This document shows, in pieces, positions 7,707 to 15,857 of a stretch of DNA of 42,272 nt. The DNA comes from a virus. Lineage: Duplodnaviria; Heunggongvirae; Uroviricota; Caudoviricetes. The stretch lies in the IMG/VR virus record IMGVR_UViG_2529292726_000021. One strand, given 5' to 3'. The notes beneath the pieces were generated by a model. It ran no database searches. It saw only the letters and a program-made list of their open reading frames with translations, and was not told where the DNA came from. Every line of letters starts with the position of its first letter. Position 1 is the stretch's first letter. The translations under genes were made by a program, and so were the position numbers.

Positions 7707-8357
7707 TTACGCTTTGAAAGCATCAGCTAAATAATTGTAGAAATCATTTTTAATGAAGCGATATTGCTGAGTACCAGCTTTCGCGCTCCCAGCTCCTTTG
7801 ACTTTTTCAACAAGTCCAAGACGTTCGCAAAGATTGATCAACTGGTTGGCTTGAGTATAGCCAGCGTCCAATTTAATTTCACACGCTTTTTTAGCTTCAT
7901 TCATTAAATCGAAAACAGCGCCATTCGTGAACGTGTCGATCTCGTCGTTAATCATATCGATTAAAGCGAATACACGAGATCCAGACATATCAGCGACGGA
8001 ATAAACACATTTACCAGCTTTAATGGATTTAACCAGATAAACCAGTTTTTCCAGTGAATAACTATTAGTCATTGCATCACGGAAAAATACTTCTGGCGCT
8101 TGTTTACTTGCTTTAATCGCATAGTAGAAAACAGAGCATAATTTTTCGTCTTCTACTGCGTTTACGACGTTGTTGATGAAGTAAGCAAGTTTCGTGGTCG
8201 CAGCTTGCATGTTTGCTTTGTCTGCTTTTGTGTGCGTACCATTTTTATAATGTTCGTTATATGTTTGAGTTGCCAGATCTGCTTTTTCGCGCAGTTCATC
8301 GGATACAATGGAAGCAGCTTCAATGATGGATTTTTTAGAAATGATAATGTTAGTCAT
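7707..8357 (-). CDS. hypothetical protein A (216 aa), AT-rich cassette
   Basis: ATG with AAGGAA upstream; no recognisable catalytic motif; AT-rich codon usage. Confidence 0.6.
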   Translation of the reverse strand: MTNIIISKKSIIEAASIVSDELREKADLATQTYNEHYKNGTHTKADKANMQAATTKLAYFINNVVNAVEDEKLCSVFYYAIKASKQAPEVFFRDAMTNSYSLEKLVYLVKSIKAGKCVYSVADMSGSRVFALIDMINDEIDTFTNGAVFDLMNEAKKACEIKLDAGYTQANQLINLCERLGLVEKVKGAGSAKAGTQQYRFIKNDFYNYLADAFKA

Positions 8358-8655
8358 GATTTTATTCCTTAGTATAAATATTAAAATTTAACTCAAGAAA
8401 GAAAGTGTTTTGCACTCGTTCCTGATGCGTTCAATTATCGATACGCGAAAAAAGATTGCAAGTGTTTTTTTTAAGTTTTTTTGCAGGGGTGAAAGTCCTA
8501 GAAATAAAAGTTAGATCGTCGAAGGTGTTCCCTAAATAAATAATAAATTCCGGCTTTTGACCTTATATATTTATACGGGGGAGAATTGAATGAGTGTTAA
8601 ACGAATGGCATGTAAAATAATAACCGGACTTAGCCGATTATTACCCTTATAGAAA

Positions 8656-9174
8656 TTAAAACGGAAGGATTCGTTCAACCCAATCGAAGAAAATAAGTAT
8701 TTTTCTACCGTCTTCCAACTTAAGTGTGACTAGACAGGCGTCAACGCCATCTGACGTTCCCTCAATTTCGCGACCGTCTGCCATGTAGACCCTTATAGAT
8801 TTGCCGTTTTGGTAAGCCTGACGACATATCTTAAAAAAGTCACGACGTGATGGCTGATTAACCATCTGTTCATTGTTTAGCGTTAGTCGACCTGTGAATG
8901 AAGTGTCAACCTCTTCTATGCCCGACTCAATTGTGCTAATGCGCTCAAGAGGGAGCCTTATACGATTTGTGTTGCTAAGCGGATCTGGTGTGAGGTTCAG
9001 CTTATTTCTTGCGCTCAATAGCCCGTAGACATACATGCAAAACACTTGGCCGTCTTCGAGAGTGACTCTTACAGGAAATTTTGCACTCCGCCAGAAGAGC
9101 AAGGTGCGCTCAGCATGTTCGTAGTCTCGCGGCCAGACTTCAGCCGGTATGCCGTAGGTGATGTCTTTAACCAT
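8656..9174 (-). CDS. hypothetical protein (172 aa) with internal repeat
   Basis: ATG with AAGG upstream; two related segments (VRVTLEDGQVFCMYVY and VTLKLEDGRKILIFFDWV). Confidence 0.55.
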   Translation of the reverse strand: MVKDITYGIPAEVWPRDYEHAERTLLFWRSAKFPVRVTLEDGQVFCMYVYGLLSARNKLNLTPDPLSNTNRIRLPLERISTIESGIEEVDTSFTGRLTLNNEQMVNQPSRRDFFKICRQAYQNGKSIRVYMADGREIEGTSDGVDACLVTLKLEDGRKILIFFDWVERILPF

Positions 9175-9276
9175 AGTCTACCTTTTTAAGTCTTTTTTGG
9201 TCATTATATACATCTCTATGATGCGTAGACAGACTAACCGTACATTCCACCAAAAATTGATTATGGAATAAGTTTC

Positions 9277-10077
9277 ATGAAGAATGGGGTGAATAAAAAA
9301 TACTCATTAGCATTGTTAATAGCGGCTTTACTATTAACAGGTTGTGATTCTGATGAAGAGCGAGCCATAGATCTAGTTGAAAAGGATATTCGCTCTACAC
9401 TGCTAGATCCTGATGCTGGTCGGTTCACGAATATGCGAGCTATTCAGTTAGGTGAAAATAGCTATTCATATATGGTATGTGGAGAGGTGAATGGTAAAAA
9501 CGTCTTGAACGCCTATACAGGTGCGACCGCATTCAATGCACACATCTTTGATGTTCGTGAACGTAACCCGATTGTATTCGTTGCAATGGATAAAAGTACC
9601 AACTCGGCAAGAGAACGATTACGTTTTGAACGCCAAAATCTAGCATGTAAAGAAAATGGTGTGAAACTTTATCTGGAAAACGAATCTAAAATCAGGAAGG
9701 AAAAAGAGAAAATAGATGATTTAAAAAAAACTCCATTAGGTCAGGCTGTGTTTGATGCTGCAAGTGATTCGACATATGTGAGTAGAGAGTTGGGCGAATC
9801 GAGAGGTGTTAGTGAAGTGTATGCAAGAGAAAATGATAAATATGCTCTTGTTAGCGTCACCAATTATGACACTCCTGACTTTTACAAATTTAGGAAAAAA
9901 GACAACGGTGAACTAGAACCTGTTAGGGGACTGTCTTATACCGGCTATCCATTCGCGGTTACACTGTGCCATTCTGAACAAACAGATTATGACAAATGTA
10001 TAACAGAAGAAGAAATCAAGTTGCTTCGAGACGAAAAGAATAAGCTCGATGATTTTGTCGTGCCACCAGAAGAATAA
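9277..10077 (+). CDS. putative lipoprotein (266 aa)
   Basis: N-terminus MKNGVNKKYSLALLIAALLLTGC has a signal peptide and lipobox (LTGC) with Cys at residue 23; AT-rich. Confidence 0.65.
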   Translation: MKNGVNKKYSLALLIAALLLTGCDSDEERAIDLVEKDIRSTLLDPDAGRFTNMRAIQLGENSYSYMVCGEVNGKNVLNAYTGATAFNAHIFDVRERNPIVFVAMDKSTNSARERLRFERQNLACKENGVKLYLENESKIRKEKEKIDDLKKTPLGQAVFDAASDSTYVSRELGESRGVSEVYARENDKYALVSVTNYDTPDFYKFRKKDNGELEPVRGLSYTGYPFAVTLCHSEQTDYDKCITEEEIKLLRDEKNKLDDFVVPPEE

Positions 10078-10137
10078 CATATACAAAATATTTAATTGCT
10101 GTTAATATTTAATCGTTCAGACATAGGGAAAGTCCGA

Positions 10138-10171
10138 ACCCTCGACAAATCTTTCTGATATTGTCGAGGGT
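10138..10171. terminator. hairpin between convergent genes
   Basis: ACCCTCGACAA-atctttctgata-TTGTCGAGGGT between the lipoprotein stop (10077) and the minus-strand gene stop (10190). Confidence 0.5.
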
Positions 10172-10189
10172 ATGCTTCCAAGTGATGAG

Positions 10190-10543
10190 CTACTTATACC
10201 CTAATTCTTTACAGCTTTCTTCAAAAACCTCTTTAGGTAGGATATTTAGATCTACAATAGTGTTGCTGTTCTTGGTTAACACGTCATTGTAAGGAATTTG
10301 TACCCATCTGTAACCTGTATACCCACCATATGAGTTAGTCGCATTTAGTTTGAAACAATATGTATTGCTACCTTCAACGTGATCTGGGAATTTGTATTTA
10401 GCTGCATCCGGGGCCAGTAATTGTTTTTCTATAATATTTTTAATGTAATCTTGCTGAACGGGCGTTAAAGGTTTGGCTACTGTATTTCCTATATAGAATG
10501 CCAAGAGTGCCATAGAAAAAAATTGAATTTTTTTAGACTTCAT
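10190..10543 (-). CDS. putative secreted small protein (117 aa)
   Basis: From ATG 10543 the N-terminus MKSKKIQFFSMALLAFYIGNTVA is a typical signal peptide; the track start at 10564 is a TTG without SD. Confidence 0.55.
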   Translation of the reverse strand: MKSKKIQFFSMALLAFYIGNTVAKPLTPVQQDYIKNIIEKQLLAPDAAKYKFPDHVEGSNTYCFKLNATNSYGGYTGYRWVQIPYNDVLTKNSNTIVDLNILPKEVFEESCKELGYK

Positions 10544-10571
10544 CTTTTTAACCGTCTTTGACAATGAGAGT

Positions 10572-11147
10572 TTATGAGCGTTTGTTGAGCAGATCTACAA
10601 TCAGCTTTTGAGGTGTATTTTCCTCTTTTGTCTTAGGTAATCCATTCTGAGGTAGCGTCGATAGTCTGTTCTTATCTCCTCTAGGTAACTCAAGCCTTTT
10701 CTTGATCTGCACAATAAGTTCCCATAGACTGTCTTCGTTCTCAACCTTTATAGAGTAGCCTACGCCACAATATGAATCACTTTTTAAGCGATTGTGAATT
10801 TTGAACGTATTGAAGTTTGAGCTTAACTGAATATATCCTGGGGTAATACCATCTATACTTTCGATCACAGGAAGTATTTCTTTTATCTGGAAAGGGAAAA
10901 TGACCAATGAATAATCATCTCGTCTTTCCTCATTGTCTGGTGAAATTAAATAAATGTAGTAAGGGTTGTTTTTTGAATAAGATTCTCGTAATGCTGAACT
11001 CTTTCCGAAGTAGAAACCTTTAGCGTGAATTTTATCTTTCGTTTCTTTCCCCCGTTGTATCTGAATGTTATTTTCGCTAAGTGTCCCATTTGATACATAT
11101 GAAGCTTTATCCAATATCGTGTGAAGTTGTGTATTTGAAAGAGCCAT
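10572..11147 (-). CDS. hypothetical protein (191 aa)
   Basis: ATG with AAGGGA 8 nt upstream; no motif recognised. Confidence 0.6.
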   Translation of the reverse strand: MALSNTQLHTILDKASYVSNGTLSENNIQIQRGKETKDKIHAKGFYFGKSSALRESYSKNNPYYIYLISPDNEERRDDYSLVIFPFQIKEILPVIESIDGITPGYIQLSSNFNTFKIHNRLKSDSYCGVGYSIKVENEDSLWELIVQIKKRLELPRGDKNRLSTLPQNGLPKTKEENTPQKLIVDLLNKRS

Positions 11148-11291
11148 TAGCTATCCCTTCGACCAAACTCAGCGATGAAGCCTACAAATATCATTCAGCC
11201 AATCAAGAATTTTTTTCAGCCGGAGGTGTGCACTTCAAAAAATGTGATGAATGTCACATGCAGGTGCTCTCATACACCTGCATGTAGACTA

Positions 11292-11858
11292 TTAATCATT
11301 CAATAATCTATATTTTCTTTTGATTAAATCTTCACCTTTTTTGGTGAACACAAAACCAAATTGCGATTTTTTGTTCAGCCTAAGGACTCTGTTATCCAAC
11401 GCATCGGTTGATGGAATCAATGTTTGATCATCTATCCAATTTAGTAGCGTAAGAAAGTTCAGCAGCCTCAACGTTGTTGTGCGAAGCTCTTTCGATATAT
11501 TTTCAATGCTGGCAATTCGTCTTTCTTTTTTCTCAGGTAGTACAGATAATTGTTCTTGAGGTTTCGTGGATAGATAATCAATTTCGTTTGCAGCATCGAA
11601 TGATATGTGTGGCGTTATTTTGCTAAAAAAGCCTTTCGCTGACTCACTTGATAATAAACCAGACCTATTCATATCGTTTGTTATTCTGTACAGGAGTGGA
11701 CTGTGTTTCATTTCAGGATAACGTTGATAAAAGTTAAGCAATTCAAAAGCAGCATTAGCGCCAACAAGAAAATCAGAAGGATCGCTGACTTTCCAGAAAG
11801 AATGATTTTTCTTAGCGCCAGTGGTGTCAACAAATGATAATTCTTTTAACCAACTCAT
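11292..11858 (-). CDS. hypothetical protein (188 aa)
   Basis: Start moved to ATG 11858 (AAGGAG 7 nt upstream); SD and start lie inside a 10-bp-stem inverted repeat (11859-11890). Confidence 0.55.
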   Translation of the reverse strand: MSWLKELSFVDTTGAKKNHSFWKVSDPSDFLVGANAAFELLNFYQRYPEMKHSPLLYRITNDMNRSGLLSSESAKGFFSKITPHISFDAANEIDYLSTKPQEQLSVLPEKKERRIASIENISKELRTTTLRLLNFLTLLNWIDDQTLIPSTDALDNRVLRLNKKSQFGFVFTKKGEDLIKRKYRLLND

Positions 11859-11923
11859 GATGTGCTCCTTTCTAACAAGTGAGCACATCATAGAATTAGT
11901 AGATAGGGGGTAAATATAAAATG

Positions 11924-12202
11924 TTACGGCAACCTGCTCAGTATTTCCTCTAAATCTTTTTTTGTCATATTGGAGTTTTCATAGATGCGCATGATTTTCT
12001 CACGCGTCTTAGCGGAAACCCCAACGGCAGATGTGACTTTGTCAAATTCAGCCATAGTCATCGTCTCCAGAATGGCATTGATAACTTCAGCCTTAGACAT
12101 CTTGATTTTTTTCTCTTTGAGTTTTATTTGGAATTTTCCAAGTTTTTCATTGGCCTTATCAGACAATGCCACTTGGCAATAAGTTGTTTTCTTTTCGCTC
12201 AT
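11924..12202 (-). CDS. hypothetical small Lys-rich protein (92 aa), possibly DNA-binding
   Basis: ATG 2 nt after the helicase stop (translational coupling); 5' coding region contains AAGAAAACAACTTATTG, resembling the early motif. Confidence 0.5.
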   Translation of the reverse strand: MSEKKTTYCQVALSDKANEKLGKFQIKLKEKKIKMSKAEVINAILETMTMAEFDKVTSAVGVSAKTREKIMRIYENSNMTKKDLEEILSRLP

Positions 12203-12204
12203 AA

Positions 12205-13764
12205 CTAATCTCGTTTCAGAACTCCAAAATCGAATGCGCCATCAATAGGCAATACACCTTCCGCAAAGCCAGGTGTGGTGTCGATGATGTGTTTTCGCTC
12301 ATAAGAGTGAGACAACAGGTATTTGTTGCTAATGTCAATGAAATCAGTGATAAAACACACGTTTGCCTGATTCTTCTTGGCTCGTAAGCCACGACCGACA
12401 CGCTGCCTCATTTCAACTTCTGCTTTCCCACCACCAGCAAGAATGACCGCACCAACGCTTGGCACATCAACACCGACATCCAGAATAGTCGAGCCTATTA
12501 AAACATCTATTTCGCCAGACGCTAAACTGTTCAGCTTTGCTTGCCTTGTCGACTGGTTCGATTCCCCATAAATGAAGTCAACTCTAAGGCCGGACTCTTT
12601 CATCATTTCCATCAGGATTTGCCCGTGGCGTTTAAGACGAACCAGAGTCATACAATTGAGAGAATGTTGCTTATAGAGCAATGCTTCGCGAACAATGGCC
12701 TCATTACGTCCCAAATTATACACGATCCCCAACTGATAAGCCTTTTGGTAGGCGGTGCTCATACCAACTCTAAAATTGAGGTGTTTGTTGGCAAGTTCTG
12801 CCTTGATTCTGGCCTCGTCCGGCTTGTAGGCAACTTTATGATAAAGGAAGTATGGTTTTGCCAGAATGCCTCGATCAATCAGGTACTTTTCTGTGACTTT
12901 AATTTCAATTCGCCCGGCCACAGCCATCAGACGCATGTTGGCTTCTGTAGAATCCTTCATGAACGGCGTGGCCGTAAGCGCCAGACGATAGTCTGCGTTC
13001 ACACATAATCTGGCAATGTCATAGAAATTAGAACCTGAAGACTCATGCGCCTCTTCCAGAATAAGCAGAGACACACTTGAAAGGAAGCGTTTCACCAAGT
13101 CCCGACGTTTGAGGTGGTAGCTCTTCTTATCTGGAGTTGCATCGCGTGGTGGTTCTTCAAGGAAACTTGCCAGAGTTTGAACTGTAGCGACGTTGATATG
13201 TCGTGATACCTGGAACTCACCAGAGCCAATGACTCCAACCTTTTGGTCTTTTAACCACGGTTCGCCATTTTCGGCGCGGTAGTCGATGGATCTCTGGAAG
13301 TTTTCGGCCATCTGAAACATCAGAACAGAGCGAGTTGTTAAAAATAATGTCATTCGACCGATACGTGCAGCCGCTTTGCAGGCAACATTAGATTTCCCGC
13401 CACCAGTAGCGATCTGCGCAATCATCATTCCCTCTCGAACCAGTGTTTCCACAGTCTGATCCTGATACGCATAATCAGGATTGTATGGGAATGGGTTAAC
13501 CGCCGGATTTGGTTTACCAAGCGCCGGGGCTTTGTCTTTGCGGATATGAACACATTTGATGCCCGCCTTGTTCAAGTTCGCCGCTACAGGCTTGGCAAAG
13601 CCAGCAGGGAACGAGTTTTTACTCCAGTTGAACATTGTGCTTGTGCCCTTCCAGTCGCCAGTCTCGACTTCGTAGCTCAACATCTGTTGCACCAGTTGCT
13701 TTACCTTGTCATCTGCGCCAGAAATAAGCGCATTAACTGCGTTAGATACAATCCGAACAGTCAT
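12205..13764 (-). CDS. superfamily 2 DNA helicase (DEAH-type)
   Basis: Motif I ATGGGKS, motif II LEEAH, motif III TATP, motif VI RVGRGLR in order; AAGGAAAGAGG upstream of ATG. Confidence 0.75.
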   Translation of the reverse strand: MTVRIVSNAVNALISGADDKVKQLVQQMLSYEVETGDWKGTSTMFNWSKNSFPAGFAKPVAANLNKAGIKCVHIRKDKAPALGKPNPAVNPFPYNPDYAYQDQTVETLVREGMMIAQIATGGGKSNVACKAAARIGRMTLFLTTRSVLMFQMAENFQRSIDYRAENGEPWLKDQKVGVIGSGEFQVSRHINVATVQTLASFLEEPPRDATPDKKSYHLKRRDLVKRFLSSVSLLILEEAHESSGSNFYDIARLCVNADYRLALTATPFMKDSTEANMRLMAVAGRIEIKVTEKYLIDRGILAKPYFLYHKVAYKPDEARIKAELANKHLNFRVGMSTAYQKAYQLGIVYNLGRNEAIVREALLYKQHSLNCMTLVRLKRHGQILMEMMKESGLRVDFIYGESNQSTRQAKLNSLASGEIDVLIGSTILDVGVDVPSVGAVILAGGGKAEVEMRQRVGRGLRAKKNQANVCFITDFIDISNKYLLSHSYERKHIIDTTPGFAEGVLPIDGAFDFGVLKRD

Positions 13765-13846
13765 AAACCTCTTTCCTTAGTGCCTTTTGTATGTTATTTG
13801 GCTATTATAATAAGTAAGTGATTACTTAGTGGATTGTAGCAATAAA

Positions 13847-14527
13847 ATGGATGTAAAAATCACGATTTTGCAGGTTGATGTTGCCAACCTTCGCCCGAAT
13901 ACCTGGAACACCAATTCGGTTGGTGCGCAGAATTTTGAAAAACTGAAAGGTTCTATCGAAAAATTGGGCTTTTTTAAGCCAATTTTGGCTCGTGAACTTG
14001 AAGATGGATTTTTTGAAATCCTCGGCGGCGAACATCGCTGGCGTGCCGCTATTGAGCAAGGAATTTCAACGGTTCCAGTGCTTTCTGTGGGCAAAATTAG
14101 CGATGTCGTAGCTAAACAGATGTCACTGGTGGACAACGAGCGATACGGTGAAGACGACCAAATCGCATTGCAACGCTTCATTGAAGAAATTCAGTCAGAA
14201 CTTGACTATCAACTGTCTGAAATCGCCCCGTATGACGACGAAATCTCGATGGTTTTAGCAAAAGAGGCGGCAATCGACCTTGAAGCACTGGAGGCGTTGT
14301 CTCGTGGTAGTGATGAGCCTGTCGATACCGACAAACGAGAGAAAACCGAACGTGTCGGTGCGGAACATCAGACCATGCGCTTCAAAGTAACTTTCGATGC
14401 GTCAGATCGCGTTGCAGAAACCATAAAAAACATCATCAAAGAGCAGGCTATTAACACCGGTAATGAAATGGAGAACGCTGGTGAGGCTCTGGTGTGGCTG
14501 GTCGACTACTACAAGGAGCGTATGTAA
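13847..14527 (+). CDS. ParB-like N-terminal domain protein
   Basis: GGEHRWRAA resembles the ParB/sulfiredoxin GxxRxxA box; start ambiguous (GTG 13829 or ATG 13847). Confidence 0.55.
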   Translation: MDVKITILQVDVANLRPNTWNTNSVGAQNFEKLKGSIEKLGFFKPILARELEDGFFEILGGEHRWRAAIEQGISTVPVLSVGKISDVVAKQMSLVDNERYGEDDQIALQRFIEEIQSELDYQLSEIAPYDDEISMVLAKEAAIDLEALEALSRGSDEPVDTDKREKTERVGAEHQTMRFKVTFDASDRVAETIKNIIKEQAINTGNEMENAGEALVWLVDYYKERM

Positions 14528-15195
14528 TGACCAAAAAGTTTGAAATCGTATATCGCGACCCGGCAGATCTTATTCCCTATGAGATGAATGCCAAAAAGCA
14601 TGATGAACAGCAGATCAGAGATCTGGCCGCAGCCATTAAAAAGCGCGGATTTGACCAGCCAATTACGGTCGATAAGAACGACGTAATTATTACTGGCCAC
14701 GGCCTCCGTGAGGCTGCAATTTTTGCTGGACTTGAGCGCGTACCGGTTATTGTTCGTGATGATCTGAGTGATGACGAGGTACGTGCAAAGCGCCTTGAAG
14801 ATAACCGACTTGCCAGCATTGATTACGATGCAATTAAGCTACAGAAAGAGCTTGAGTCGCTTGTTCTGGACGATATCGAGGTTTTCGGCTTCGAAGAGCG
14901 TGAGTTGAATGTTCTCGTTGGCAGTATGACAGAAGAAATGGACACCGACTCGCTAGTTATCGATCTTGGCGAAGAAACTAAACGACAGAAGGATGAACAC
15001 ACCGAGATCAGTCGTGAAGTTGCAGCGGAAGAAGTACGTGTTGTCGACGTATTGGGCTTTAAAACGCTTCCTGCTGGCTCTGCCATTGTTGTTGGTGATT
15101 TGCTTGCCCACATGGAAGAAATGACGGGAGAAAGCGGGGTAGACGCATTTGTGGCATATGCGGAGAAGATCTCTTCCGGGGAGATGGCTGCATGA
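14527..15195 (+). CDS. second ParB-like domain protein
   Basis: TGHGLREAA box; ATG overlaps the preceding stop (TAATG); track start 14494 would overlap the upstream gene. Confidence 0.5.
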   Translation: MTKKFEIVYRDPADLIPYEMNAKKHDEQQIRDLAAAIKKRGFDQPITVDKNDVIITGHGLREAAIFAGLERVPVIVRDDLSDDEVRAKRLEDNRLASIDYDAIKLQKELESLVLDDIEVFGFEERELNVLVGSMTEEMDTDSLVIDLGEETKRQKDEHTEISREVAAEEVRVVDVLGFKTLPAGSAIVVGDLLAHMEEMTGESGVDAFVAYAEKISSGEMAA

Positions 15196-15857
15196 GCAAA
15201 TACATCATCAACGTATCGTTTCAGACACGCGTAAATAAAACCACGCGCACGTTGGAAATCGCTGAGTCGTTCGGGCTTGGCCTGGACGAAAAAGAGTGGA
15301 CGCTTTACGACAATCTGGAGCTGGAAGTGAAGCAGGGCGATGTGGTGTACATCACCGGCCAATCCGGTTCCGGCAAATCCGTTGTGCTGCGCGAGTTGCA
15401 ACGACAGATGAAGGATGAAGGGCTGTCTGTAGCCTCCATCGATGATTTTACCTTCGATAATGAGGTTAACGTCATCGATCAGTTGGGCAAAACGACCAGT
15501 GATGCGCTTGGGTTGTTATCTATGGCTGGTCTGAACGATGCATATCTGTTTGTTCGCAAGCCTTCTGAAATGTCAGACGGCCAGAAATATCGTCTCAAGA
15601 TTGCCAAACTGATTGAGTCAGGCGCTAAAGTATGGGCTGCTGACGAGTTCGGCGCTGTTCTAGACCGTGTAACCGCTCAGGTTGTGGCGTCTAACCTCCA
15701 GCGTGCCGCTCGAAAGGTTGGTGCGACGGTAATGGTGGCGACGACTCACGAAGACCTGAAGAACGCGCTGCGCCCGGATATGCAGATCACCAAGCACTAC
15801 AAAGAACGCGTGAAGGTGGAATATCACAATGGTAGTCATGATGAGGTCCATTCATGA
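15192..15857 (+). CDS. compact ABC-type ATPase (221 aa)
   Basis: Walker A GQSGSGKS, signature-like SDGQ, Walker B VWAADEFG, H-loop ATTHED; ATGA overlap with upstream gene. Confidence 0.65.
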   Translation: MSKYIINVSFQTRVNKTTRTLEIAESFGLGLDEKEWTLYDNLELEVKQGDVVYITGQSGSGKSVVLRELQRQMKDEGLSVASIDDFTFDNEVNVIDQLGKTTSDALGLLSMAGLNDAYLFVRKPSEMSDGQKYRLKIAKLIESGAKVWAADEFGAVLDRVTAQVVASNLQRAARKVGATVMVATTHEDLKNALRPDMQITKHYKERVKVEYHNGSHDEVHS

